Source: Chromera velia
Taxonomy: Eukaryota
Assembly (NCBI GenBank): GCA_018398765.1
Contig: JAHBMJ010000241.1
Span: 1 to 52,918 of the forward strand
Reading direction: 5' to 3'
DNA: 52,918 nt
Part shown: positions 1 to 12,763 of the stretch, one piece after another
Numbering within the stretch: the stretch's first letter is position 1
Layout of the letters: each line of letters opens with the position of its first letter
Notes under the pieces: generated by a model
What the model was told of the DNA's origin: nothing
Database searches by the model: none
Seen by the model: only the letters and a program-made list of their open reading frames with translations
Translations under genes and position numbers: made by a program

Positions 1-1029
1 GCAGAGAAGCAGAGAGTAGTGCAGGTGGAGGAGACGGCTCGAAACGAGAGAGAGGCGCTGCAAAAGTCCCTCCAGCAGGCGGAAGCAGAAAAAGAATCAC
101 TTCAAACAGAAATGGTCCGTCAGTCAGAACAATTCTTTCTTTCTGCGCATGTCAGTCAGTGAATGCGTGCATTTAGTTTACAAGTGTCTTTCTATGCTTT
201 CTTTGTTCTGACATTAGAAACACAAAAACGGAGAAAGGGAGCAAGTGCAAAGCTCGCTGCATAGTTCCCCTCTTAGTGGCTTCTTGGAGGATCCCAATCT
301 CTTTGAGAAATCATTGCAATGTATCGAGAAGGAACCAAAATCCTCCAAAACTGGAATTCTCTTCAATTGTCAGTGTCGTGCCTCTGTTGGAACTTTGGAA
401 ACAAAGCTGGCGGCTCTTGAACGCGAAAGAGAACAGGTCGGTTGATCAGGAGGGAAGATTTGTTGTTTGAAGGTGCAAAGAGAAGCTCTCCCTCCGACCA
501 TCGCATAGGTCATGACTGTCACTCAATGAGTGCATTTGGGTTCTGACATTACAAACAGAACAACGGAAAAAGGGTTCATTCAGAAATGAGAAGAGGTAGT
601 AATTCAAACGCGCGGGCACAACTGTTTGTTTATCCGTGCCTCTTCTCTTGGCTCTTCCTCGCAGGCTTCCGAAGTCGCACTGTACACCTTCCCTGCGGAG
701 GGCTCCCCTGGACCCCCCCCCGGTTTTCTGGAGGCCTTCGAAACAAGACCTGCAGAGATTTCTAATGGTGCTGCCTTCTTCTCCCCTCGAGTGGGAAACT
801 CGGGGGATGAAACTGATGACGTCAGTCAGTTTGGAGGGAAGCAGGGGAAAGAAAGGGAAGGACAGAGGACGCATCAGGCAATTAGAAATTCGGGACACGA
901 GCCTATCTGTTTTCTTCTGGCTTATTTGTCTCTTCTTTCCCCTTGCATCTAGTTCGCAAGTGCCGTCTATCTGTTGCATAAATGTGATGTCTTGGAAGGA
1001 CGAAGTTCTGGAAGTGGTTCGCTTGTGAA

Positions 1030-1081
<52 letters not shown>

Positions 1082-3640
1082 GCCAAGCGTGCAGATGGAG
1101 CTGCAAGTGTTAAGGTCAGAGATGGATGCTCAGAAAGGACTCCGATCATCCGAGGGTGGCGACTCGGCAGCTCCCCGCTCTGGTTCTGGTCTTCGTCTTT
1201 TGCCGCCTCTTGACAGAGAATTGCCAAAAACAAGCCCCAGAAGTACGATCATCACTGACAACGCGATCATCATTGACGACGTGCAAGTAAGCAGATAACG
1301 CGCTTTTACGGGTCGATCGTGGGGGGAAAAACCGAATTTGCATGCCACATTTGCTGATTCCTTTAATTGGTATTATTGAGCGCATTACAAAATCTCTCAG
1401 GCAAGAGAACGGAGAAAACATTCTGTTAAGTTTTTTCAAATCACCGAGTGGGACGGCTTGCTTGCATGCATTCTGCCTTCCTTTACACAACCGCATTCAA
1501 CCCCCGAGGGATTTTTGGCTGACGTTTTGGGTCCGATGAAACCGCAAACTGTCCACTTGCTCTCTCCTTTTGCGCAGTTTCTTGCAGCAGAAGGCAATGC
1601 AGCTGTGTTCGTGGGGTGGACCAGGGCTGGGGGATCGAAGGTCGTATTGAAGACTGCGTGGAGGGAAGACGGAGGGGTAAGTGGATTGAGCCTTCTCTCG
1701 TCAATTTGTGTCGTAAACATTTTTGACGGTCTTTGTTCCATTCTTTGCAAGCGCTCTAGGAAGATGCCACTGCCCGTGCTGCTCTTTATGATTCTCAGTT
1801 GCATGTGCTCTATCTCCCAGCTGTTGTGATTTGTTCCGTATCCTACCGCAAAGAAGCAATTTGTACGCCTTCACGATGTGGGCGGGTCTCTGGCACAAAG
1901 CCAGCAACCGACTTGGATGCAGACATGATCAAAAAGCCTTGAATGCCGTGAAGCTTCCGCCTATATGTGGCTGTGTCGCGGATCCTTAGGCTCACTTGAT
2001 CTTTAATTTCATCTTTTGATCGATTGGTGCTTGTGCAGAACCTCGAAAGAGAGGCGGAGATCTCCAAGGTTGCAAACGAGGCCGACACGAGAATTTGCCG
2101 TCCTCTCGGTCTTTTCTTCTGTCTCTGGTCGGTTTTTTTTTTTTCTTTTTTTTTCTGCTTGATGATTTCTCTCTGCTTTGTTATCCTTGTCAAACTGAGT
2201 GTGATTTGGAGCTCCATCACACATCCGGCGGAAAAAGAGCTTTCGGAAGCACGTCGGAGCATTTTGCAAAGCATCTAGAAAAAGAAACAAGTTGCCTGTC
2301 ACATGCGTGTTGAAATTTTTTGTCAATGGTCGCCTTCTCATCTCTCAAGGGAGTGTACAATTTCACACAGATCAATGATCATGTATTAACCAGCCACGCA
2401 GAATTTTGATACATACAATGTGTGCGCACAGGGGAGATCTGCCATGGGAAACAGCGTCAACGGAGCATGCCGAGCTCGAAGCCGCGAGGGAGAAGGAGAT
2501 GGAAGTTGCGATTCTGGTCCTGGAATTCCTCGAGGGCCACAATTTGGACAGATTCGTCTCTGGTTTCAACTCGGGAGTCCCTCTTTCCATCGCTCTGCAG
2601 CTCCTTGTGCAGCTTTTTGAGCAACTGGAGGCCCTCGACACTATTGGATTGGCACATTGGTCAGTCAGTCAAGATGAGATCGAGACACGTACAGCAGAAC
2701 TTCAGGGCTTTTGTGACTTTGCAATCAGTCAGGCCGGGGAGGGCAGACGAGTCTCAGAGTCGGCTGATCGAGCCAAATAAGTCGCAGCATGTATCTTTTG
2801 GTCCACTCCCTGCAAGGTGAAAAGGCGATGAGCTTCGTGTTGCATATTCTGAAAGACTGATGGCAATCATTCGCGATTCATTTTGTGCTTCTCCTCTCCT
2901 CTTTTTGTGGTTTGGTGGTGTATTTGTGCAGCGACATTCAACCGAAGAATGTCATGATCTCCAGGGGAGGCGATGGAGTCTGGACCGCCAGACTTTTTGA
3001 CCTGGGCGAGGCTTCTTTTGTTCTTGGAGACGACGCCCCTGCAGGGTCAAGAGGACACCCTGGATATAGATCACCTGAGATGATTGATGAGAACCAGCCG
3101 GCACTCAACACGCGAACAGACGTTTTTGCATGCATGCTTGTCTTTTTTTTTATGCTGTCGGGAAAACACCCGAGAGAAAACATGATTGAACAGCTCCATG
3201 CGAAGCGAAGAGCAGAAAATGAGAAAGAAGATGCTGAAGCAGACTTGAGCCCGAGCGATGTGAAAGCGGCAATTCTTCACGAGAATCTTCGCCCTTCTCT
3301 CAGCTCTCTTTCGCTCAGCCCCACCCTTTTTGACCTCGTCACTGCCTGCTGGCATGCGGATCCTTTTGAAAGGCCGTCTCCCTCTCAAGTGCGCACAGTG
3401 CTTATGCATCAGATCGCCGAACAAGGCTCAGATTTCCCTTCCCTCCCTCTATCCCTCTGCAGGCTTGTCGAAGGGGCAAAACCTTACGGCCATGCCGGAG
3501 GTGAGAACCCGACGCCGGGCCTCGCGAGCGTCTCTCTCTCGACTTGTCGACTTCATGGGCTATGCCCTGTCGCCGCACAGTCAGAGGAGACTGGGAAAGC
3601 CGATGGCGCAAATGAATCTGACGACAGCTTCGAATGGTGA
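1..3640 (+). CDS. Multi-exon protein kinase with N-terminal coiled coil; 5' end lies outside the window. Predicted exons: <1-114, 374-436, 665-820, 1095-1286, 1578-1676, 2039-2127, 2432-2659, 2932-3640
   Basis: GT-AG boundaries with consistent phases join to give kinase subdomains: VVLK (II), LEREAEI (alphaC), LVLEFL (hinge), HCDIQPKN (VIb, split by an intron), DLG (VII), YRSPE (VIII), DVFAC (IX), CW..DP.ERPS (XI). The early exons are rich in E/Q/K heptads. Confidence 0.85.
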
Positions 3641-5378
3641 GTCAGATACACAGCTAGTGCCTTTCAATCGTGAAGGGTTTGGATTCTATGCCTTTCAATC
3701 GTGAAAGGTGCCCCGGGGAAGATAGGCCTTTCAATCTTTGGTGAAAGGGAAAAATTTCGTCTAGCGGCGTTGCTACTGAAGAAGCTATTTCTGCATGTAA
3801 CTCTAGATCTAGCTCTAGATCCAAGTTTGAGAGTCCATGTTCAATCTGCTTTTTGAAACCCTCATGGTGTTGTTGTTCATGCAACTTGAAGGTTTATTGA
3901 ATTTCAGAAATGCTATACTATCATTTTTTTGTAAGATATTAGGAAACTAAATTAAGTTGAATTTGAGTGACAAAACTATTATATTATAAAACTATAGTAA
4001 GATTATAGCTAGGATTATAGTGAAAAAACTAAAATAAATTATGTGTGTGTATGTGTGTATGTGTATACATATAGAATCAGACATAGATACATATATATGG
4101 ATATTGATTGATTTGATTGATTGATTGATATGTTCCGCCTTAGGGCCTTCCTGCTAGCTATGTTTAAAACGAGTACTAGTTTAGAGCTCTAAACTATACA
4201 TTGGTGGGCGGGTTAAGTCACCTTATCATCATCATCATTATCATATTTTAACATAACCTAGAATGTAACTTATTTGGAGCACTTTGCTATGTTAAGATTT
4301 TTAACTTAAGAATGCTCTATATAACTTTGTAAAAGCTTTTAACTAGCGCCACAGTCGCCACTGCTTCTCAGACTCGTTGAACTAAACGTGTTAATTATGT
4401 TTTTAGCCTGAAGTTTAGTTTGAAGTGCACATACATAATTATGTTTTTAGTCAGTGGGATAGGATATACGGGTAGATATGATAGGATAGGATATATATAA
4501 AGGCAAAAATGCAGGCAGCGCACCACAGAGCAGCCAGCAGGTGCCTGCAAGGCACCAGGGGAGAGGTGTGAAGAGTGAACGTTAAAGGAGAGGCCGCGGC
4601 AGCGGCAGTACTCAGATAAATGGAGTGACGATCAACCGGCACTTCTAACGGAAAAGGCAAGGTTGTGGAAAAACGTGGAGAGCTCATAGGTGGTTGAGGT
4701 TAATACTAAATTGAACTAACAGTGTTTTTAGGCCTTGTTTAAAGCTATAAGCTTACTTATTTCATTATTATAGTAGCTGACATTAAATAAGCTAGACATC
4801 ACCAATCAATCAAGTGTTTAACATTGTCAGTTTGAACTTCTAACACTTTATATACTTCAAAAAAAAATTGTACGTAAAATTAAGATCAATATATCAATTT
4901 TTAAAAGTGTGAAAAAAAAGTAAAAATTGATATCGATATCAATTTTTTATATACTTTTTGGGTATATATTTTTTAGGCTAAAGAAAATAATTATTTTAAT
5001 GTAGATTTTAGCGTAGATTCTAACCTATATTCTAAGATACTAGTACATAAAGCCTGAGATCAGTCGTCAAATTAATTAATTACTTTTTTACCGGCGTTTC
5101 GAACGGCAAAAAATTCTAGAAAAAAATTGAAAACCTCTCAGCTGCCTCTACAGGGGCGGTCAATAATAGTGATGATCGAAGTGATTGATGGTGCATTAAA
5201 TTAAGTGAAACTAAAGGCCCTATATGTTAAACATGCAATCACTCCCTTAAGTTTTCATACTCTTTTATGAAATCACTTATTCTAGCACTTATCGTCAGCT
5301 ACCTTTGGTACACTGGCATAGCATTGCAGCAGCAGCTGCTGCTGCTACTGCTACTCAATAATTCAATCGCTATAGCTG

Positions 5379-6608
5379 TGAAGCAACAGCTAGTGAGCGT
5401 CAGAATAACTCAGTGCTAGGCTATAGCTTCATCTATATCTGATCTCGATCTCGTGGCTTCATCGACAGAAGGAGTGTCAATGTATGGTCTCGCTGCTTAG
5501 CCTCTAGATAGGCCAGTTTGATGCAGTACTTTCTGTCTGACTGCATTTGTGCATGCTCAATCAATCCGCCGTGCGTACTGCATGCATGTGCATACATTTT
5601 CGTATTACCTGCGCTCGCTTTGCGCGCAGGCCGTGAAGCTTCGACTTGGTGCAGATTGACTTGACTTTGTTAGTGCTACTTTACAGCTATTCCCTTCCTT
5701 ATGAGCGGTAGCGGATAGAAGGAAACCCGTCAGCGTGTTGGTGGTCAAGAAACTTCATGTGCTGGTCTTGCTGCTTGCGTCTCATCATGTCCCATCCTCT
5801 GCTTCTTGGTTGAACTTCTTGGCGAGAGACGAGAATCTGTCTCAGAGCGAAGGTGACAGATCAGAAGAGAGCGCCCAACTCTTGCGTGAAGTCGGTATGA
5901 AAGCCTAGCTCTAGGTGAAGAGGCTCAGACAAAGCTGTACAGACGGAGCCGCCTGAAGTGCGTTCCATTTGACATACAAGCCTGCCACTTCCACAGGGAA
6001 GGGAAGTGCTCCCAGACTCTGAGCGAAGGGAGGCAAAATGCTCCGAGGGAACGGAGATGTTCGGAAGTGGTTCTCATCCTTGTATGTAGATGAAGTGATC
6101 GTTGATGCTGGTGATGGAATGCGAAGCACCAAGATGAGGTCGTGACTATGAGAGACGGAAAGAGCAGCTACCTCTATCCCTTCTGCCAAGTTGCCGATCG
6201 AGATTCTTTAAATTTGTGTCAGGAGAGCAAGTGAGAAAGAGTGAATGAGGCTGCCCGGTTGTCCCGGAAGCCGGCACCACATGAAGCAACAGCTAGTGTA
6301 TGAGTGTCAGAGCTACTCAGTGCTAGGCTATAGCTTCATCTAGATATGATCTCGATCTTGTGGCCTCATCAACAGAAGGAGTATCAATGTATGGTCTTGC
6401 TGCTTGGCCTCTAGATATAGACCAGTTTGATGCAGTACTTTCTGTCCTGGTTTCTGTCTGACTGCATGTGTGCATGCTCAATCAATCCGCCGTGTGTGCT
6501 GCATGCATGTGCATGCATTTTCGCGTCACCTGCACTCGCTTTGCGCGCAGGCCGTGAAGCTTCGACTTGGTGTGGATTGACTTGACTTTGTTGGTGCCAC
6601 TTTACGGC
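5379..6608. repeat. Diverged ~310-bp direct repeats (5379-5687 and 6282-6608) flanking ~600 bp of degenerate coding-like sequence
   Basis: Both copies start TGAAGCAACAGCTAGT and share CTTTGCGCGCAGGCCGTGAAGCTTCGACTTGGTG and GATTGACTTGACTTTGTT. Confidence 0.85.
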
Positions 6609-7436
6609 AGCGAGCTTCTCAGCTAAAATTCTGCCCGTGGAAACGGCACTCGCTGTTTAAATTTGCTCAAAGCCCTGCCGTACATAATAGAAAGTCGTAT
6701 ACCATGTTTATTCCAATAGTTTCAAGAGAAGCTGAATTAGAAGAGAAAAAAAGTCTTATACCTTTGATCAGCCTTTCCTGTATTCTGTGGAAGCCCGTTC
6801 TCATGATCAACTTCCATTTGATGATCGCTGCGAGCTTTCTCGGACCTGACATCATAAAAAAGCATTGAATTTGGCCGTCTTCGATCATCATACATAAATG
6901 AAAAGCCATACGGGTGTAATGAGAGGACTCATGGGAAGGTGTCTATGCAGGTTTCTCTAGTTTTGGGCCAGAAAAGTCCACATTGAAAGGCTTTCGTTGC
7001 AGGTGAACTAGCAGGACGTTTCCTTTTTTAAATGAATTTCAGGTGGTCATAATTTTCCTAATGAATGAAGAGCTTGACCAAATTACCCTCTTCAATGGTA
7101 CAGTTGGTTGAAAAGACGTGATCTACATTGTTTCACAAGAGAAATGCTTCTCCATATGGATCACATATGAGTACCAAGTCTTCAAAGCCGAGTCTGACAC
7201 TATCTGAGCACTTACTCTGAAATGGAAGATCCTTCCAGACTCTTTCAGCATTTAATTGGAGTTGTCTTCTCAGTGGCGAAGAACAGTTTGAATTCTATTT
7301 TAAACTTTGTTGCTGGATTCAATTTGTCTGGAAGGTCAATCTTCAAATTCGGTATTACAAAATATAAATCGCTTTCAGATAATTTCGTCAATTCTGTAAT
7401 GCACAGGAGAGCTAATGTCATACAGGACGTTTTCAT

Positions 7437-7670
7437 AACCTCCCTGAACCTAAGTGCCACTTGAAAAAATCTAATCAAGATGATCTCCATCTGTGGCATC
7501 GTTTTTCAAGAGACCGTCTACGCCTGCGGCGTAGATGGTCACAACACCGTCCAGATATGCGGCTTTGGCTTTTAAGAGACCGTAAATGATCTGCGCCTGC
7601 GGCGCGGACTTTCAAGCTTATCCAAAAATGCGGTTTAAACTTTCAAGTGGTAGTTAGGTTCAGGGAGGTC
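7437..7670. mobile_element. ~235-bp MITE, copy 1, with 8-bp TSD GTTTTCAT
   Basis: TIRs AACCTCCCTGAACCTAAGTGCCACTTGAA ... TTCAAGTGGTAGTTAGGTTCAGGGAGGTC. GTTTTCAT occurs at 7429-7436 and 7671-7678. A second copy lies at 11565-11802. Confidence 0.9.
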
Positions 7671-8656
7671 GTTTTCATGCAAGGGTGTTCATTGTTCTCA
7701 GAATAGGGACTGTACCTGCTGGAAGAGCTGTTGTTGAGTGCCAACTGCCCACGCACTCGTTGTCTGAAAGGAGGAAAAGCCTCATGGGCTCTGCAGTTTG
7801 AATGAAAGTATATAAAGTCGCACGTATTTGTGCATGATCGACCAGAGCGCGACCGGCCATGCGGGTACCCTGCAAACCCGCGTTTGCGCGAAAGTAGTGA
7901 CATCTTCTCTCGCGGGGACTAACTTCCATCTCAAGGCGGCGGAAATTCGAGACCTTTTCCTCTCACTAAGACCATCGCCTCGAATTGCGGCATGTTGAAG
8001 ACAAAGCCGATCAGCGTTCGAGTCCCAGCGATCGAACAGGCCTTCCTTAGATGAAAAATCCGAGCTTCGGAACTTTGTTAATCCTTGTTCGGGTCTTTTT
8101 TTTGTTAAACGAAGATCGAAGGGCTTCAGTGAAGGCAGACAGTCCACGATCGAGTCGCTGCACTGCTGTAATTGAAGTGAATCAATGAAGGTTGCAATTA
8201 GGGTCAATCGATCGATGTGCCGATTGGATCTCTGCCGTGATCGAGTTTGCGAATGAATTGCATGGAGGGCGATTGAGTCGATCCTTCAACTGACATTTGA
8301 TGATTGAGGGTTTTTTCATGCATGCCGACATTTCGATGCTGCCACGTACCCATTTCGAAACTGATTGATCGATATTCTGCCGGCACTCGATTCTTGCACG
8401 GTTAGTTGTGTTGCAATGCTGCATGCAGCATGGGCCCCGGCATGCCACTGCATGGAGCTAGCTAGCCTTTGGAAGTGGCATCCTGCATGCACTCTTCATG
8501 CATGCAGGCGCTCGAGTATGGACAGCGGTCGGCAAGTGGATTGTCACTGTATTGTCACTAGCTGCAGCTGATTGAGATTCGTAGTAGATTCCAACTTTCC
8601 GTCCGTCTACCGGGCATTTCGTGAAGTCAGAAGAGGGGACACTCACTCTTCAGTAA

Positions 8657-9925
8657 ATGGAGATTGCATCAGGAGACGGAGACGGCTCAGATCGTGTTTC
8701 AGGAGACAGCGTCTTTGTCTCTGTCGCTGCCTACAAAGACCCGCAGCTGATGGACACGCTGAAAAGTCTCCTCCACCATGCTGCAAATCCTTTGTCTCTC
8801 TCTATAGGCGTGGCCCTGCAGGACAACTTTGAAGAGGCAATCGACCTCCGCAGTCTCCACCCTTTCTTCTGCTTGCCTGGAAAAGCACAGGCAGGCCAGG
8901 AGGAAAACTTCGTTCCAACGAGGCATCCACTTCAATTTGGAGAAGAAGCTTTTGAGTCTCTGTCTTTCTTTGCAGATCGTCTGAGAGTGATCTGCGTCCC
9001 TGCAGATCAGGCCAAAGGTCCATGCTGGGCACGAAGCCTCTGCCAGTCCCTCCTGGGGTCGGAAGAGTTCTTCCTGCAGATTGATAGTCATATGCGTTTT
9101 GCGCCAGGTTGGGATCATATTCTTCTGGAGGATTTGCGCACTTGTCTGAAGGACACACCGCGAGCTGTTCTGACTGCCTATCCGCCTGGGTACTCAGAAC
9201 AGGACAGTTTCGACAGCGTACCTGCTGAACGTCGGCCTGTTCTTCTGTGCGGGTGGAAGTTTGACGCGAAGGGCATGCTCCGAACAAAGGGGCGGCTTCT
9301 GAAGTCTCCACTCGAAGTTCCAATTCTAAGTCTCTTCTGGGCAGCGGGTCTCAGTTTATCTCCCTCGTCTTTTGTACGAGAGGTTCCGTATGACCCTAGT
9401 TTGGAGTTCGTTTTCTTCGGAGAGGAGCCCTCGATGCTCTGTCGCATGGCCTCTTGGGGCTGGCGTTGTTTCTGTCCCTCTCAGTCTGTGGTGTTCCACT
9501 TGTGGGAGAGGGGCGGGAGGCCCTCTGTGCCTGGGTCCGGCCAGGGGGAGGAGACGGAAAAGAAGGAAAAAAGGGAAAGGGGAGAAGAGAGAATTCGCCA
9601 ACTAATTGGTTTGAAGAAAAGGAACGACACTCCGGGTCCTCCTCAGCAGACCGTCTCTGTGCCCAGAGGACCCTGGTCCGTCCCTAGTGCTGATCTAGAC
9701 ACAGGGGACGGGCAAGGAGGAAGCGGCCACTCGGAGGTTCCCCTGTTGGGCCCAGAGGCCACTCCTCGGTCTCTGTGGGCAGAGCGGGGCATCGACATTG
9801 ACCGGACGGAAGTTCTGCCCCTCGCAGCCAGGGGTCGGCAGCCAGCAAACAGAATTGAGTCGATCCAGGCATTTGTCATCTCAGCCTTTGTGCTTCTCTT
9901 GCTCCTTTGCATGACCTGAGTGCAG

Positions 9926-9966
<41 letters not shown>

Positions 9967-9974
9967 CCTCTCTC

Positions 9975-10014
<40 letters not shown>

Positions 10015-10111
10015 CGTGCGTGCGTGTGCGTGCTTGCGTACGTGCGAGCGCGCCTGCGTGTCTAAATGTTCAACTGTAGGTGAAGTACATGTATGCATGT
10101 ATCTTTTCTAG

Positions 10112-10149
<38 letters not shown>

Positions 10150-10286
10150 GTGTTTGTGTGTCCGTGCGCGCCTGCGTGTCTAAATCTTGGACTGTAGGTG
10201 AAGCATATGTATGTATGTATATGTATATACATAAGAGTGAGTGAGTGAGTGAGTGAGTGTGTGTGTGTGTGTGTGTGTGAATGTGT

Positions 10287-10323
<37 letters not shown>

Positions 10324-10802
10324 TGTGAATGTGAATGTGAATGTGCCGCTTGCAGGAGGGTTTTCACATGAAAGGTCCTTCGCAGAAACAGAACACAAAG
10401 AAAACGTCCGTCCAGCTACTCTCTTACCGTCTCCCCATTGTCGGCCGAATCCCCTTTTGAATCTTGCATGCCGGTTGCTCTCTACATACAGTTCCTTATT
10501 TTGCTTTCAACAAATCTTTCCGGTTCCTGTCACAATTGATTGTTTCGTCTTTGCCTGACTTTCTTTCCTATGAAAGTGAGCGAATGCGGGGGATCAAACC
10601 TTGGCAGACCTTCAGACTAATGTCCTACGAAGAATCATCTGAGGCTTCCAGTCCTCTCTCTCTCTCTCTCTCTGTCTCTGCCTCCCTCTCTCTCTCTCTG
10701 ATCCTCCTTCTGCTCTCTGTCTCTGTCTCTCTCTGTCTCTCTCTCCCTCTCTCTCTCTGATCCTCCTTCTGCTCTCTGTCTCTGTCTCTGTCTCTATCTT
10801 TC

Positions 10803-10885
<83 letters not shown>

Positions 10886-10898
10886 TTCTTTCTTTCTT

Positions 10899-10972
<74 letters not shown>

Positions 10973-11127
10973 GTTCATGAAGAAAAAGAGGAAGAAGAAG
11001 AAACATACAGTCGGCCTGTCTGAACAGGAGCGAAAGAAAACATAAAGTCTGTCTGTTTGTCTCTGTGCTGCAGGTCGCTGAAGTTCTTCATCTTCTGGCC
11101 CAGAAGGGATTGTTTGGACCCGGCTGA
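8657..11127 (+). CDS. GNT1: GT60-family alpha-N-acetylglucosaminyltransferase, cytoplasmic Skp1-hydroxyproline GNT1-like. Predicted exons: 8657-9833, 10356-10405, 11074-11127
   Basis: Motifs [55 protein letters not shown] and VFHLWER. No N-terminal signal or TM anchor. Splicing gives a C-terminus [13 protein letters not shown]...[14 protein letters not shown] instead of the hydrophobic read-through tail of the raw ORF. Confidence 0.85.
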
Positions 11128-11564
11128 TCGTAGCTTCATTCATTCATTCATTGATTCAGCATCCATGGGATCCCGCCTTTCCAGGCTCCTGGCACTTGCC
11201 CCCCCAGTATTTCGTGAGATAATTTGTTGTTTAAGTTATCTTCCAATAAAAAAGAAACTTGGATGAAAAATGTGCTGCATCGGAGCTCTTATTTACCGTA
11301 TAGTAATACATCATTTCTTTTCTAAAAGAATACAACAATAATTATATATCGTATCTCATCATTGTTTCATTATAGAATTTCTATATAGTATGTGTTCTAC
11401 AGCATAGGATTAAATTTTGCTTGTTCAACAGCCTTGTATAACTGGGGCCGTCGCTTTCGGCGCCATCGTGGAATTGAATGCCAAAAAATGAGTTGTTATC
11501 AATTTACTTCCACGTACAATGTTATTTAGTGTTATCGGTTAGGATCTGGGAGCAACCTAAGATG

Positions 11565-11802
11565 GACTTCCCTGAACCTAACTACCACTTAAAAGTTCAA
11601 GCCACATTTTTGGATAAGCTTGAAAGTCCGTGCCGCAGGCGCGGATCATTTACGGTGTCTTAAAAACCAAACCCGTATATCTGGATGGTGTCTTGACCAT
11701 GTACGCCGCAAGCGCGGACGGTCTCTTAAAAAACGATGCCGCAAATAGAGATCGCCTTGATTATATTTTTTAATTCAAGTGGCACTTAGGTTTAGGAAGG
11801 TT
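11565..11802. mobile_element. ~238-bp MITE, copy 2 (inverted relative to copy 1), with 8-bp TSD CTAAGATG
   Basis: Its reverse complement aligns along the full length of 7437-7670. CTAAGATG occurs at 11557-11564 and 11803-11810. Confidence 0.9.
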
Positions 11803-12763
11803 CTAAGATGCGCGGTCTCTGTGTCAGATACATGTCAGACAGATTTTAGGGTGTTTGGAGAAGGAAACTTTTTCAAACGAACCAATATAATGGACTTGTG
11901 GTCCTCTGCATATTCGTCTTAACTAATGACTGTAAGAATATTTATCTCAGGCAGTTAGGATGCCGTTGTGCGTTCGAAGAAAAACATGTGACAAAAAAAA
12001 AGTCAGGCTTAACTTTGCATTACTTTGCACTATGGCATACATACATGCAGTTGAGAAGAAGAAGAAAAAAAACATTGCCTACCCGTTGGTCATTCAACGA
12101 TTTGCCGATTGACCCCAGTAGACTCCAGTATGCTGCCTGCACACGTTTTACCTGCGTAGTCAGTGTGTGCACGCGCATACTAGCGCACACTGTAAGGTGT
12201 CGGGCGGCCCCAAGCCCCCCAGCCAGGCGGATTTTGGCGGCCACGTGAGGGAGGCACGCGCCCCACAGGCTGGGCTGTCCGAGTGCCTATAGCTATTCCT
12301 CCCACCCTAAAAATCCTGACATTCGGCGCCGCCGCGCGCCTCATGCACGCATCGATCGATCATTTTTATTTTTTTGGCCGCGCCCGCGTCGTGTACGGAT
12401 CATGTCGCCGGCCAATTATAATTAACTCAGCTGTGCGGCCCTGGCCGCCGGCCCAGCTCATTTCAATCATTTCGATCATTCGTCTCCCTCAGAAATCTGC
12501 AGGAAAGACTCAGAGAAAGCTAGAGACAGAATCTTTGCCACAGATTCAGGGATCGATGACAGACTGTACACGACTCATAGCACGAGCCACGCTTGAGCCC
12601 ACTTGGCGCTTTCGAAGCTTCCTTAATGAATAACGAACTGTCCTTTCTAGAACAGGTGAAATTGTAGCTGCTCTGTCAAGGACATCGAGTTTCATCCAAT
12701 CCGCCCGCGATCATCTGTATAAATAATCAGTCGTGTAGGCCGAATCTTTCTGCACTGTGTGCA

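Noticed and set aside
9834..9919. C-terminal transmembrane anchor of GNT1
   Set aside because: More likely intron read-through, because in-phase downstream exons give a better C-terminus.
9920..11050. ORFs rich in HT, VC, SL or ER dipeptides here and elsewhere (18500-19700, 29880-30430, 41340-41800)
   Set aside because: They are translations of (CA)n, (CT)n and (CTTT)n microsatellites.
7437..11802. Composite transposon that carried GNT1
   Set aside because: Each MITE has its own different TSD, which shows independent insertions.
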